From contig CAVRKK010000002.1 in NCBI GenBank assembly GCA_963722385.1, forward strand, positions 928,001-992,000: a stretch of 64,000 nt of DNA, written 5' to 3'. Under the pieces are notes generated by a model. The model made no database searches. It worked only from the letters and a program-made list of their open reading frames with translations, and was not told where the DNA came from. Source of the stretch: an uncultured bacterium. Its GTDB lineage: Bacteria > Babelota > Babeliae > Babelales > Babelaceae. Positions within the stretch are counted from its first letter, which is position 1. The number at the start of each line of letters is the position of its first letter. Made by a program: the position numbers and the translations under genes. Positions 11,003 to 21,069 of the stretch are shown here, one piece after another.

Positions 11003-11989
11003 TTACAGCTTTTCTCGAAGCTTGCGCCGTTCTTCTGACTGCAAAAAGTACCGCAAGGCTTCTTTCCCCAGTTGTGCCTTGATCTTTTCAAGGGAAGGCT
11101 GAGATTTTGCTAAGTATTTTTCTCCTTCCTCAGCAAGTTTGGCATCATGAGGTGCATGGAAGAGGCTATAGAAAGCATGGGTACCCGCCTGAAAGATATG
11201 TGCGCTCTTTTCATCACTGACATTATATTTGCCATGCTTACCATGAGTCAACTGAAGCAAAAAAAGCTTTTCCGGGTTATGGCCACCCAATAAAAGCTCA
11301 TAATACAATGCCCATGAACTATAGATTGAAACAAATTCATCATCCAGTGCATGCACCAAAAGAATTGGTAATTCTTTATTAATCATTTTTACTGCATCAA
11401 TAGCATGCATGCCATCCGTCTTATGACCAGTGTACCAAAAGCGTCCTACGAGTTCATATGCAGCATGAGTCACGGCATGCCAGTTAATAAAATAACGAGC
11501 TAATAAATGATCCAGAACATTAAGCGCGGTGTCTGTTGTTGCTATAGCCACCAAAGCATGCAACCGTGGCAGCTTGCCTTGGGCTGCTGCATTAAGCGCC
11601 GTAATCGCCCCCCGCGAATCGCCAATAATTACGACGCCAGCATTAGGCGCGGCAAACTCATCTAATACTGTTTTATATTCGCTCACTAGTGCCTGAATAT
11701 CCTCTTCTTGGCCAATATTAACCTTATCGCGTTTTATTTCACCTTTTTTAGCGCCAACATCCGGAAAATCAAAAGTGTAGTAAGGACAATCCATCAGATA
11801 CCAATCTTTGCCAGCATACCAGGCAGCATTACTTCCCCGGCCACCTAGCCCATGGGCAAAAAGAAAGCTTGTAGGCCGTGTATCAATTGAAGCCTTCAAG
11901 ATAGGCTCTTTGCATACACGAACAGCGCCGATCGGGCTAAATATATTTAACCATGCAAGCATCAAAATAAACATAAATAATGTAGGCAT
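11003..11989 (-). CDS. Secreted alpha/beta hydrolase
   Basis: Signal-like N-terminus, HGLGG oxyanion motif, GDSRG nucleophile elbow, LLVHALDD, HGKH. Confidence 0.8.
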   Translation of the reverse strand: MPTLFMFILMLAWLNIFSPIGAVRVCKEPILKASIDTRPTSFLFAHGLGGRGSNAAWYAGKDWYLMDCPYYTFDFPDVGAKKGEIKRDKVNIGQEEDIQALVSEYKTVLDEFAAPNAGVVIIGDSRGAITALNAAAQGKLPRLHALVAIATTDTALNVLDHLLARYFINWHAVTHAAYELVGRFWYTGHKTDGMHAIDAVKMINKELPILLVHALDDEFVSIYSSWALYYELLLGGHNPEKLFLLQLTHGKHGKYNVSDEKSAHIFQAGTHAFYSLFHAPHDAKLAEEGEKYLAKSQPSLEKIKAQLGKEALRYFLQSEERRKLREKL

Positions 11990-12099
11990 AAAAATTCCTT
12001 AATAGATGGTAAATCAATATTTAATTGTAGTAATTTTCATAAAATCGGCAAGGTTTTGTCGCTATAATCATCGACACGCTATATATCTCCACCTTTACT

Positions 12100-12710
12100 T
12101 GGAACTTGTTTGAAAATCATAGTTTAAATTGATCCAATAAGCATTTTCATATTTTTGAAGTTAAGAAACCGTGATGTTATCAAAGTAAAAACAAAGAAAT
12201 GATTTTGGTATAAGTTTGATAACTTCTTGGTAGAAATAGTTTTAAGTTGTTTAAAAGCATTGATCCAAGCAAATGCATGCTCTACAAAGCGCCTTTTGGA
12301 ATCGCGAGAAACGATATATGGAGCTGTAAAGCCATGATTTCTAACAGGAATCTCAGCTCGACCGCCCATTCTTGAGATAAAAAGTCGATTTTTTAGAGAA
12401 TCAAAACCCTTGTCAGCATGTCCAGAAAAGCCTTTAGGAAGAGCAAATCTACAATCTGTTTGAGCCAATAATTCAGGCAAAAAATTCGTATCATTTGCAG
12501 TTCCTTTAGCTAAAATTAAAGCTAGCGGAATTGCTTTGCTATCCGAAGTAATCAAACGATTAATGCAATTTTTGTTCTTATGGCAATGGTTTTTTGATTT
12601 TATATCGATGCTTGATACCGTCAGAACCAGAGATTCAAATATAACTTTGCCAAGATTGTGTCGTCTTTTTCCATGTTTTTGCACGCCGTGGCCCTTTACA
12701 AAATATTTTG
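12100..12710 (-). pseudogene. IS5-family transposase remnant (C-terminal DDE part)
   Basis: ORF 12124-12684: DSKAIPL...GTAND, ADKGFDS, RRFVEHAFAWIN. No intact N-terminal half; GGAACTTGTTTGAAAA at 12101 resembles an IS5-type end. Confidence 0.7.
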
Positions 12711-12711
12711 G

Positions 12712-12755
12712 AGAACCTTTGCAGGTAGCTATACCGTATAGAAAAAAGGTTCCTC
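12712..12755. repeat. 44-bp direct repeat, left copy (flanks TA module)
   Basis: AGAACCTTTGCAGGTAGCTATACCGTATAGAAAAAAGGTTCCTC; 40/44 identical to 13525-13568. Confidence 0.9.
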
Positions 12756-12872
12756 AGCTGAGCAAGTTTGTAAAATATGGTTGCCAATAAAGATCTCGTT
12801 TATTAGTTAGTGTTTACAAAGTTTATACATTGTGATATCCTTTTTATTATTGCTATTAAAAAGAGTTATTAT

Positions 12873-13112
12873 ATGACAAAGAAGCTTATTAAGCATGGAA
12901 ACAGCCTGGCTCTCGTAATTGAAAAGCCAATTTTAAAAATGTTGGGGATTGATGAGGGAACAAGTATAGAGCTTTCTATTAAAGAAAACTCCCTTATCAT
13001 AAGAGCTGCTCATCCTAAAAAGGCTAAGACACGAGAGGAAGAAATTGAGGAGATAGCTCAAAAGATCATGAAAAAATATGATCAGGTGTTTAAAGAGCTT
13101 GCCAAAAAATAA
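12873..13112 (+). CDS. AbrB/MazE-type antitoxin
   Basis: KLIKHGNSLALVIEKPILKMLGI swapped-hairpin motif; C-terminal KYDQVFKELAK; TAATG-coupled to the toxin gene. Confidence 0.9.
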   Translation: MTKKLIKHGNSLALVIEKPILKMLGIDEGTSIELSIKENSLIIRAAHPKKAKTREEEIEEIAQKIMKKYDQVFKELAKK

Positions 13113-13519
13113 TGGTTATAGACTTCATAAGTATACAAGATGTATCTCGTATACATGATAACGTTATTGCTCAATACGGTGGCTTAGCGGGTATAAGAGA
13201 TTATAATCTTTTAGCATCTGCTGTTGCTCAACCTCAAATGTTTATATTTGGTAGCTATATACATGTTGGTATATTTGATATGGCTGCAGCCTATTTCTTC
13301 CATATCATTAAAAATCACCCATTTTTGGATGGGAATAAGCGAACAGGTGTATTAGCAACACTAACGTTTCTTGAGAAAAACGGCATCATCATAGAAACAG
13401 ATTTCGATAGCTTAGTGAATCTAGCCTTAGAGACAGCCAGTGCAGATATAAGCAAAGAACATATTGCTCAATTTCTGAAACAAAGCGCAATCAATACCCA
13501 ACATAGTTATAAAGGATAA
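13112..13519 (+). CDS. Doc (death-on-curing) family Fic toxin
   Basis: GGLAGIRDYNLLASAVAQP and HPFLDGNKRT motifs. Confidence 0.92.
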   Translation: MVIDFISIQDVSRIHDNVIAQYGGLAGIRDYNLLASAVAQPQMFIFGSYIHVGIFDMAAAYFFHIIKNHPFLDGNKRTGVLATLTFLEKNGIIIETDFDSLVNLALETASADISKEHIAQFLKQSAINTQHSYKG

Positions 13520-13524
13520 ACGCT

Positions 13525-13568
13525 AGAACCTTTGTTGGTAGCTACACTGTATAGAAAAAAGGTTCCTC
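13525..13568. repeat. 44-bp direct repeat, right copy
   Basis: AGAACCTTTGTTGGTAGCTACACTGTATAGAAAAAAGGTTCCTC; internal IR GAACCTTT/AAAGGTTC; sits between the doc and trxA stops. Confidence 0.9.
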
Positions 13569-13572
13569 TTTT

Positions 13573-13899
13573 CTATTTTTTGCCCAAGTACTCTTCAATC
13601 CGCGCTTTTAAGTCTTCCTTGGGTAGGTAGCCCACTTGACGACCAACAACCTCATTATTTTTTATAAAGAGGAAGGTTGGTACGGAGGTTACATTGTAAC
13701 TGATGGCGAGATCGCGTGACTCATCGACATTGAGCTCTGCAAAGGTATAGGTATCGCCAAGCTCCTCCGCTAACTGTTCAAAATGCGGTTTAATGAGCAT
13801 GCATGGGCCACACCAGGTCGCGAAAATATCGATGACAACAGGCTTTTTTGCTTGTTCAATAACCTCTTTGGCATTTTGCTTGGTTAGCGTGACGATCAT
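13573..13899 (-). CDS. trxA: Thioredoxin
   Basis: 108 aa, ATWCGPC active site, SVPT cis-Pro loop. Confidence 0.93.
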   Translation of the reverse strand: MIVTLTKQNAKEVIEQAKKPVVIDIFATWCGPCMLIKPHFEQLAEELGDTYTFAELNVDESRDLAISYNVTSVPTFLFIKNNEVVGRQVGYLPKEDLKARIEEYLGKK

Positions 13900-14059
13900 A
13901 ACGTTCCTTATGGTAAAAAATATGTTTTGTACACTCTAGTTTAAATTTTTGGCGGTATGTTTGGCAAGAGCGGACGTAATTGGGTAAAACTCTTGCTACT
14001 TTTCGGTATATATTTTTACACTCATAGCAGCTGAGTAATGAGCTTAAAGGGGACCTACC

Positions 14060-14752
14060 ATGTACCAGGAACATTCTTCAAGCCAGGATATCGTAAAAAA
14101 CTTATTTTATCGTGTTTATGGCTGGATGACGGCCGGGTTGTTGGTAACGGCGGGTACCGCTTTAGCCCTTGCTCGTCAACCAGCGTGGATCGATGCTCTT
14201 GTAACACGGCCATTTCTGGGTTTTTTGTTATTAATTATTCAGCTTGTTGTCGTAGTTGTTTTTGCAAGTATGCTTGCCAAGCTACCTTATACGGTTGCAT
14301 TAGGGCTGTTTATTTTTTACGCGATATTGAGCGGTGCGACGCTCTCCATTATTTTTAGCGTCTATACACGAGCATCGATTGCTCAAGCATTGCTTATAAG
14401 TGCTGGCATGTTTGGTTCGATTTCTCTCTGGGCTCGCGTTACCCACGCTGATCTCTCAAAAATGGGGTCGATTTTATACATGGCCTTGTGGGGAATGATA
14501 CTAGCCCTGGTGGTCAATATTTTTTGGCAGAACTCGCTTTTTAATTTCATGATATCAGCAGCCGGAGTGGTGCTGTTTTCAGCGCTTGTTGCTTACGATA
14601 CGTCGATGATTAAGCGCTACGCTACTGATATGACACATGCTCGTTCTAAAGAGTATGCTAAAGTTGGGCTTTTTGGAGCTTTTCAGCTTTATCTCGATTT
14701 TATCAACTTGTTCCTCAACCTGCTCAATATTACTGGTAGGCGCAGGCAGTAA
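14060..14752 (+). CDS. Bax inhibitor-1/YccA family membrane protein
   Basis: About 7 TM segments, VYGWM, AYDT, LYLDFINLFL. Confidence 0.93.
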   Translation: MYQEHSSSQDIVKNLFYRVYGWMTAGLLVTAGTALALARQPAWIDALVTRPFLGFLLLIIQLVVVVVFASMLAKLPYTVALGLFIFYAILSGATLSIIFSVYTRASIAQALLISAGMFGSISLWARVTHADLSKMGSILYMALWGMILALVVNIFWQNSLFNFMISAAGVVLFSALVAYDTSMIKRYATDMTHARSKEYAKVGLFGAFQLYLDFINLFLNLLNITGRRRQ

Positions 14753-14767
14753 TTTAAGGGGTGCACG

Positions 14768-16390
14768 ATGAAGCGCATGACGTGGTATATTGGGCTTATA
14801 GCGATTAATATTGTTGGTTGTGTTGTCGGGGCTCGCCCCATGGATGATAAGTGGCAAGCTGCTGAACAGTTTGTTGAGGAAGCGGCAAACTTTTTTGCAC
14901 GAAACTCCGCACACACTGCCTGTACCGACTTTACTCATAACCCACAGTGGCGGTTTCCAAGCTCGAGGCTTGTTGTTATCGATGAAAAAGGGCTTATTTG
15001 GTTTTTAATGGATAAGCCTGTCCATCTATGGACGCCATTGGCCGATCTAAAAACCGAACGGAATGTGCCTTTGACACATGATATGCGTTTACAAGGCCAA
15101 AAAGGAGGCTGGGTTGCTTTTATTTGGGATCAAGCGTTGGTTAGAGCATACGTAAAAAATGTTCATAAAGCTGATCAGCTTTTTACGATTGGTCTGCTTG
15201 TTTTTAGTGAAAATCCGCGTGATCAGATTCAAGAGCAAGTATTGGCAGCTTACTCTTATCTTCGTGATCACGGCATTAAGCGAACTGCCGAGGAAATTAA
15301 CAACCCTAATGGACGATTTTTGCATGGTTCTCTCTCTGTGGCATTATATGATCAAGATGGCATCTGTTTGGCAGATTCTTTTGATTGGACGCATATTAAC
15401 CAAAGAAGCACGAATTGGCTTGATGACAGTGGTCAATCGGTTTTTTCTCAATTTGTAGCTGCGGCACAGCATTCGCCGAGCGGGAACGGTTGGGTAAAAT
15501 ATACGTTTCAGGGGATGATTGAGCATGCTTTTGTTAAATATGTACCGCACCGAAATCCTAAAAAGTTTTATATCCTCGCATCAGGGTATTACCCAGCAGT
15601 CGATGAGAAATTTGTGGTCAATTTTGCGCAACAGGCGAGCGACTATATCAAGCAATATGGTATACATAAGGCACTTGCCGACTTTGCAGAACAGAGAACG
15701 ACTTTTTATAAAGCCCGATTAGCGCTTGTTATTTACGACGAAAAGGGCATAGTAAAGGCACAAACGAGATTTCCTTCGCTCATAGGGGTTAATGCTTATA
15801 ATTTACGTGATCAAGCAGGTTATCCTATTACGCAATTGATTTTAAAAAAGGGACTTGAAGAGGGGCACGGGTCGGTTTTCCAATATGTTGCCAATGCCGC
15901 TGAGCCTGTTTACTGCCAAAAATTGGTTGTGCCCGAAGGGGTTTTTGTTATCACGGTGCAAGGCTTTACGCCACTGCACAAGATGACCCTTGCGGCAGGT
16001 ATTGCTGAATGGCTAAGCTACCGGTTAGCAAATCAGCCAGCAAGAATTATCATGAACGCACTAAATCAAGGTGATGTGGTAGGGAATATAGGATTTAGGG
16101 CTTCAGGCGCTCGCCGAGTTTATACTGATTTTGTTATCGAAATTTACGATGGTCAAGGTTTCTGTCTCTCAGCAGGTTCCAATTATTACCTAATATGGCA
16201 AGCTATTGATCGCGGTATGAAACTAAGTGTTGAGAAAATGAAAAGGGCTGGTGCGAGCTCAGGGTCTTTTCATGATGTTCACCAGGGCATAGGTCGTGAC
16301 TATTATTTAAAGGAATGTGTTAAAAGTGCACGAGAAAAGTATTATATTTTTGTTGGCTACCATACGCTCCGCAAGGGAGCCGAGGAATGA
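14768..16390 (+). CDS. Secreted protein with four tandem Cache (sCache_2-like) domains, paralog 1
   Basis: Signal peptide then four ~125-aa units (helix A..Y/F...G, hhhD..G, D..G, GWV.Y, GYYP); no further TM or output domain. Confidence 0.8.
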   Translation: MKRMTWYIGLIAINIVGCVVGARPMDDKWQAAEQFVEEAANFFARNSAHTACTDFTHNPQWRFPSSRLVVIDEKGLIWFLMDKPVHLWTPLADLKTERNVPLTHDMRLQGQKGGWVAFIWDQALVRAYVKNVHKADQLFTIGLLVFSENPRDQIQEQVLAAYSYLRDHGIKRTAEEINNPNGRFLHGSLSVALYDQDGICLADSFDWTHINQRSTNWLDDSGQSVFSQFVAAAQHSPSGNGWVKYTFQGMIEHAFVKYVPHRNPKKFYILASGYYPAVDEKFVVNFAQQASDYIKQYGIHKALADFAEQRTTFYKARLALVIYDEKGIVKAQTRFPSLIGVNAYNLRDQAGYPITQLILKKGLEEGHGSVFQYVANAAEPVYCQKLVVPEGVFVITVQGFTPLHKMTLAAGIAEWLSYRLANQPARIIMNALNQGDVVGNIGFRASGARRVYTDFVIEIYDGQGFCLSAGSNYYLIWQAIDRGMKLSVEKMKRAGASSGSFHDVHQGIGRDYYLKECVKSAREKYYIFVGYHTLRKGAEE

Positions 16391-16394
16391 TACG

Positions 16395-17969
16395 GTGCGC
16401 AAAAAAATTATAGGCTCCATGCTCATCGTACTACTGAATGTATCTCTATCGACAATGGGGGCTGTGCCCCGCGTGGTCGATTTAAAAATAAAAGCAGAAA
16501 AGCTGCTTGCTCAAGCGATTTCTTTTATTAGAAAAGAGGGTGCTGATAAAGCGTGTGCCGCATTTGCCTCTCAAGAGCAGTGGCGGTATGGTCCGATAAC
16601 TCTTCTTGTTTTAGATGCTAACGGAAGAATACTCCTTGACGAGCATCAGACGATTTTAACGTGGCGGCCTTATTCCCGCAAACAAGGTTATGTGAGCTCT
16701 GTGGTAAGCTCGCTGCTTTTCGCCGCAATAAAAGGGGGCTGGGTTGCTCATCGTTTGTTTAATAGTATGCGCCATATCTATGTCAAGTCAGTGACCGTAG
16801 AGGGCAAAACGTACATAATGGGTGCAAGCTTTTTCGATGAGTCACCTGAGCTTATTGCGATAGCGATGGCCAGAAAAATAGAACGGTTATGGCGAAGTGT
16901 CGGTTTTAATAAAGCGATTGAGCTTGTCAATAACCCTTTTGGTCCAGCATCTGTTGGCCAAGTGTACGGTATAGTTTTTGGTACGGCAGGTGTATGTTGG
17001 GCCTTCAGCAATAACAACGTGTTAGTAGGGCAAAACCTATTTGGAGCGCGTACGGTGAGCGCACAAAGTGCCTATAATTTTAAATATATTTTAAACCTTC
17101 TTAAAGCTGAACCACAAAAGAAAATATGGGTTGACGTAAAAGAGAATGAATTGCTCCATCGTTTCTATTGCCAGCTTTTTACTGATGACAAAACAAATAA
17201 AGACTATGTTCTTATAACAGGGTATTATCCAGATATAAATGACCAAACAATCATCAATATAGGCGAACAAGTTGCTACTGATCTTACCGCGGGCGGGCTC
17301 GAAAGAATTAAAACCCTTTCTCGGCAGAAAGACCTCAGGCTTACGCCAGCAAATCTCACTCTTACGGTCACTGATCGGCAAGGTGTGATGCTCTATCATA
17401 GCGCACCAAACCAAGGTACGTGGTTTACGGGCCGAAATATTCTTGATTATGTTGATGATCGAAAGCGGCCCTATAGCCGTATGCTGATGCAAAAGCTACA
17501 GAAAGCTCCGAGTGCATGGATTACCCGTTTTAATAAGCGTACAATTGAGCGTGTGTATGGTCGTAAAATACCTATGCCGAATGGGGACGTATACATATTC
17601 ATCGATGGTTACTTCCCTTCGACCGACGAAGAAGTAACCCGTATTTTGGTTGATGACGCCTATGACTATTTAGCCGAAAATCCTTCTATACAAGCATTTA
17701 ATGCTTTTATGAGTAGAGACTGTTTCTTTATGCAAGGAGAAAAGCAGATATTTGTTTATGACAAAACGGGAGCATGCTGGGTAAAGGGAACAAATTCCGC
17801 TTTTATATGGAGCCAGGATAAACTTATACCAGCACTTGCTGAAGGCTGGGCAGAAGATAAGCGGTCGTCCAATATTAAGAGAATGTATATTCGAAAGTTA
17901 ACAAAGCAGAATACTTCTCAGCAGAAAGAAGAATTTATTATAGGATCGAGCTATTATTTGGTTAAATAG
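16395..17969 (+). CDS. Secreted tetra-Cache protein, paralog 2
   Basis: GTG start after GAGGA (MRKKIIGSMLIV...); same four-unit layout (NNPFG, GYYP, GYFP). Confidence 0.8.
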   Translation: MRKKIIGSMLIVLLNVSLSTMGAVPRVVDLKIKAEKLLAQAISFIRKEGADKACAAFASQEQWRYGPITLLVLDANGRILLDEHQTILTWRPYSRKQGYVSSVVSSLLFAAIKGGWVAHRLFNSMRHIYVKSVTVEGKTYIMGASFFDESPELIAIAMARKIERLWRSVGFNKAIELVNNPFGPASVGQVYGIVFGTAGVCWAFSNNNVLVGQNLFGARTVSAQSAYNFKYILNLLKAEPQKKIWVDVKENELLHRFYCQLFTDDKTNKDYVLITGYYPDINDQTIINIGEQVATDLTAGGLERIKTLSRQKDLRLTPANLTLTVTDRQGVMLYHSAPNQGTWFTGRNILDYVDDRKRPYSRMLMQKLQKAPSAWITRFNKRTIERVYGRKIPMPNGDVYIFIDGYFPSTDEEVTRILVDDAYDYLAENPSIQAFNAFMSRDCFFMQGEKQIFVYDKTGACWVKGTNSAFIWSQDKLIPALAEGWAEDKRSSNIKRMYIRKLTKQNTSQQKEEFIIGSSYYLVK

Positions 17970-17977
17970 GTGGCTAT

Positions 17978-19597
17978 ATGTGGTGTGGTTGGTTTTTTGT
18001 TGCCGCGATCTTACTTGCTCATTCATTCTGTTTGGGCCAAGAAAAAGTAAATATAAAAGAAAAAGAGCGTGCGCTCTATAAGCTCTTGCGGCGCGGTGCT
18101 GCCTATTTTAAGCGACACCCTGTTGGCCAATCATGTCACACTTTTACGTATGATCCTCGCTGGCGGAACGGGGAACTTTTTCTTTTTTTACTTGATAGCG
18201 AAGCGGTGTGTTATGCGTTTGGTGATGAGCGATCGAGGGTCTGGACAAGTTTTGCTCATTACCGAGACCTTCTGGGGACACCGTTGGTGAACAAGTTTTT
18301 TCAAAAAGGGAAAAGCACAAAAATTTCAGTTATGATGAATAATGCCTCAATGCACTGCCGTATTAAAAAAATAAATAAAGAAGGGAAGACGTTTATATTA
18401 GGATGTGGATTTTATCCCGAGGCAAGTGAACAGATCGTAGAAAATCTTGTAGCCCAAGCCATTGAGGTGCTTGAAGAGATTGGTACTCAGAATGGTTTTA
18501 GCGAAATCAGTAACCCATTTGGGCACTTGGTGCATGGCGATAGTTGTGTGTTCGTTATTGGCGAAGATGGCATGGTTTACGCGCAGAGTGATAACATAGC
18601 GCAAATGGGAAAAAATATTTTTAATCCACCTTTGGATCCCCCGGGCTCGCTAGCTTATCAGGATAAAGCGGCATATAGGCATGTTTTGGTAAGCTTTTTA
18701 AGAAGCAATGAACAAAGAGCTTGGCTGCCACCTATTATGGTTAATAATACAACTAAGCGCATTTTTGTTGCCAAGTATCGGGATCCCAAAACGCGCAAGC
18801 GGTTTATTGTCGGTTCATTTTATTATCCTGAGCTGAATGATGAAGCTATTTATGAATTAGTGCAAAAAGCTATTACGTACCTTAAAGCCCAAGGGCGGCG
18901 TGCTGCCTTTGAGACATTTAATACGCCAGAAGGTCCTCTGGCACTAGGTAGTGGTAGAATTATAGTTTTAAATTTTGACGGTGCTTGTTTAGTTGATGCA
19001 ACACCAGCGAATTTAGCTGGTTCTTATTTGATAGATCGCGCTGATGTGCAAGGGCATTACCCCTATCGTAGGATCCTTGAGGGTATACAGCGTTATGGGC
19101 GCAGCTGGATTAGCCAGTATCTTAAAAATGCTTATCAGCTCATGTATGCTGAGAAAGTTGATCTTCCTGACGGCTCACTGATCATTGCTGCTGGTTATTG
19201 GCCTGACTCTAAAGCGCTGACCGTGAGGTCGATGGTCGACCGTGCCGCTAATTTTTTGGAGCGGAATGGCGAAAGTGCTGCCTTAAGAAAGTTTACCACG
19301 CATGATTCAGATTTTGTGCGTGGCGATGTCAATATTATGGCGCTTGATCCCACAGGAATTATTTTAAGTGATGGGCCTTTTCGCAAATATCGGATCTGGT
19401 CCGATGTTGCTTTGCGTGATCGATTTGGTAGGCATGTTATTAATAAAATTCTTGAAACAGCCGCGCAGGGAGGAGGATGGGTAGGCTATCGCAAATTTAA
19501 TGCTGACTACCGTGCATATACTCGCCAGATTGATATACCAGGAAGCACTAATACCAAAGATAATAGCATGGTGCTTGTCGCAGGGTATTATCTTTAA
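17978..19597 (+). CDS. Secreted tetra-Cache protein, paralog 3
   Basis: Signal peptide; units end GCGFYP, GSFYYP, AAGYWP, VAGYYL. Confidence 0.82.
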   Translation: MWCGWFFVAAILLAHSFCLGQEKVNIKEKERALYKLLRRGAAYFKRHPVGQSCHTFTYDPRWRNGELFLFLLDSEAVCYAFGDERSRVWTSFAHYRDLLGTPLVNKFFQKGKSTKISVMMNNASMHCRIKKINKEGKTFILGCGFYPEASEQIVENLVAQAIEVLEEIGTQNGFSEISNPFGHLVHGDSCVFVIGEDGMVYAQSDNIAQMGKNIFNPPLDPPGSLAYQDKAAYRHVLVSFLRSNEQRAWLPPIMVNNTTKRIFVAKYRDPKTRKRFIVGSFYYPELNDEAIYELVQKAITYLKAQGRRAAFETFNTPEGPLALGSGRIIVLNFDGACLVDATPANLAGSYLIDRADVQGHYPYRRILEGIQRYGRSWISQYLKNAYQLMYAEKVDLPDGSLIIAAGYWPDSKALTVRSMVDRAANFLERNGESAALRKFTTHDSDFVRGDVNIMALDPTGIILSDGPFRKYRIWSDVALRDRFGRHVINKILETAAQGGGWVGYRKFNADYRAYTRQIDIPGSTNTKDNSMVLVAGYYL

Positions 19598-20502
19598 GTT
19601 TCTGCCCCACGCTTAGTTTTTTTGGCCAGCTCATCATAATAAAAGACGAGAAGCCCTAAGAAGATAACGCTTGCGGCTACTGCAAAGTGGATCGTCAATT
19701 TTTCATGTAAGAAAAGCCATGCATATATACCAGCAAAGATAGGGACCGAAAACCCTGCCAGCGATATAAAGGTAGCGTTATGATGCTTAAGCAGATTGGC
19801 ATACATCGTATATGCTATGACATTACCGACAATAATCGTATAAGCCAACAAGAGCAAAAAGATTGGCCATGAATCGATGGTAATATTCTTGATGGGGTCG
19901 ATCCAAAGAGCTGTTGCTGTGGCAATTAGACCGCTTTCAAGCATGACGAGACCGTTTAACTGGGCAGGTGCGTAACGATTTTTTTTGAGCTGAGCTTGCA
20001 CCATGAGCCACCCCCAGCGGCTAAAGGCAACAGCGGCAAGGGCAGCTAACTGAGGAAGCAGGGCAAAGTGGAAGCAAGCATGTATTGCTTCTGGTGAAAG
20101 GTCAATCGCAAGCAGGACGCCGAGGCAGCCTAAGACTATGCCGAGGATTTTATTGATGCTGAGTTTTTCGCCAAATAAAATATAGGCATAAAGAGCCGTG
20201 ACGAAAGGGTCTATACTGCCAAGCAGTGTAGCATGTGCTGTTTTTAAATGGGCAAGTGCATATGCTTTCAGAACAGAAGGAATAAAAGTGGTAAATAGGG
20301 CGATGCCGCTTATTAAGAACCAGTCTTGTTTGAGCTGAAATAAATTTTTGCGGTATTTCTTCCAGGTCAGGATGCAGAGAATAAGCCCCGCGCTGACCAT
20401 ACGTAAAGCGACTAGGGTTGTAGGGGGAAGCGTTTGAAGGAGCAGCTTATTGACGAAGATGCCGCTTGCAAAAAGAGCAAACGTGAAAAAAATGATAAAC
20501 AC
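19594..20502 (-). CDS. DMT/EamA family transporter
   Basis: About 10 TM segments in two repeats; P..L...R, LFGEKL and FLHEKL motifs. Confidence 0.9.
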   Translation of the reverse strand: MFIIFFTFALFASGIFVNKLLLQTLPPTTLVALRMVSAGLILCILTWKKYRKNLFQLKQDWFLISGIALFTTFIPSVLKAYALAHLKTAHATLLGSIDPFVTALYAYILFGEKLSINKILGIVLGCLGVLLAIDLSPEAIHACFHFALLPQLAALAAVAFSRWGWLMVQAQLKKNRYAPAQLNGLVMLESGLIATATALWIDPIKNITIDSWPIFLLLLAYTIIVGNVIAYTMYANLLKHHNATFISLAGFSVPIFAGIYAWLFLHEKLTIHFAVAASVIFLGLLVFYYDELAKKTKRGAET

Positions 20503-20538
20503 GGTGATTGCCAGGTTATGGGGCTGCTGCTGACTTTT

Positions 20539-20630
20539 TGGAGGAGAGAGTGGGATTCGAACCCACGATCCCGATCACTCGAGATAACGGTTTTCAAGAC
20601 CGCCGCCTTCGACCACTCAGCCATCTCTCC
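20539..20630 (-). tRNA. tRNA-Ser(UGA)
   Basis: Cloverleaf GGAGAGATGGCTGAGTGG..., loop CTTGAAA, long variable arm, GTTCGAATCC, encoded CCA. Confidence 0.95.
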
Positions 20631-20694
20631 CTGAATAGTGATAGTATATCGTATTGGTTTTTATGAGGCAAGCCGTGTCGACCGAGCTTATAGG

Positions 20695-20771
20695 TGGTGC
20701 GCCCAGGAGGAGTCGAACCCCCAACCTTCAGATCCGTAGTCTGACGCTCTGTCCAATTGAGCTATGGGCGC
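20695..20771 (-). tRNA. tRNA-Arg(ACG)
   Basis: GCGCCCATAGCTCAATTGGACAGAGC, loop CTACGGA, TTCGA, CCA. Confidence 0.96.
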
Positions 20772-20781
20772 GTTTTTTTTA

Positions 20782-20854
20782 TGGCCTGCCATACGACGTG
20801 TCTTGCGAAGCTCGCAGAGCGCGAAGCAAGAAGCTCTGAAGGAGCGAAGTATGG
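20782..20854 (-). repeat. tRNA 3'-trailer palindromic repeat (nested copy)
   Basis: CCATACTTCGCTC...GAGCTTC...TCGTATGGCAGGCC; same termini as 43718-43754 and 25569-25603. Confidence 0.75.
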
Positions 20855-20944
20855 CGGAGAGAGAGGGATTCGAACCCTCGTGCCCCATTTTAGTAGGACT
20901 CTTGCTTAGCAGGCAAGCGCTTTAGACCACTCAGCCATCTCTCC
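20852..20944 (-). tRNA. tRNA-Ser(GCU)
   Basis: Anticodon arm CTTGC-CTGCTAA-GCAAG, long variable arm, CCA. Confidence 0.95.
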
Positions 20945-21069
20945 AAAGCAGTCTCATATAGTTTAGCCCATAAATATATCTTAATCAAGCCGACCCCTGA
21001 TTTTATTGGCGAGTTGCTTTCGTTGATGCGCAGGGTAAACTGGCAGTGTTAGGATAATAGGGAGAATAT

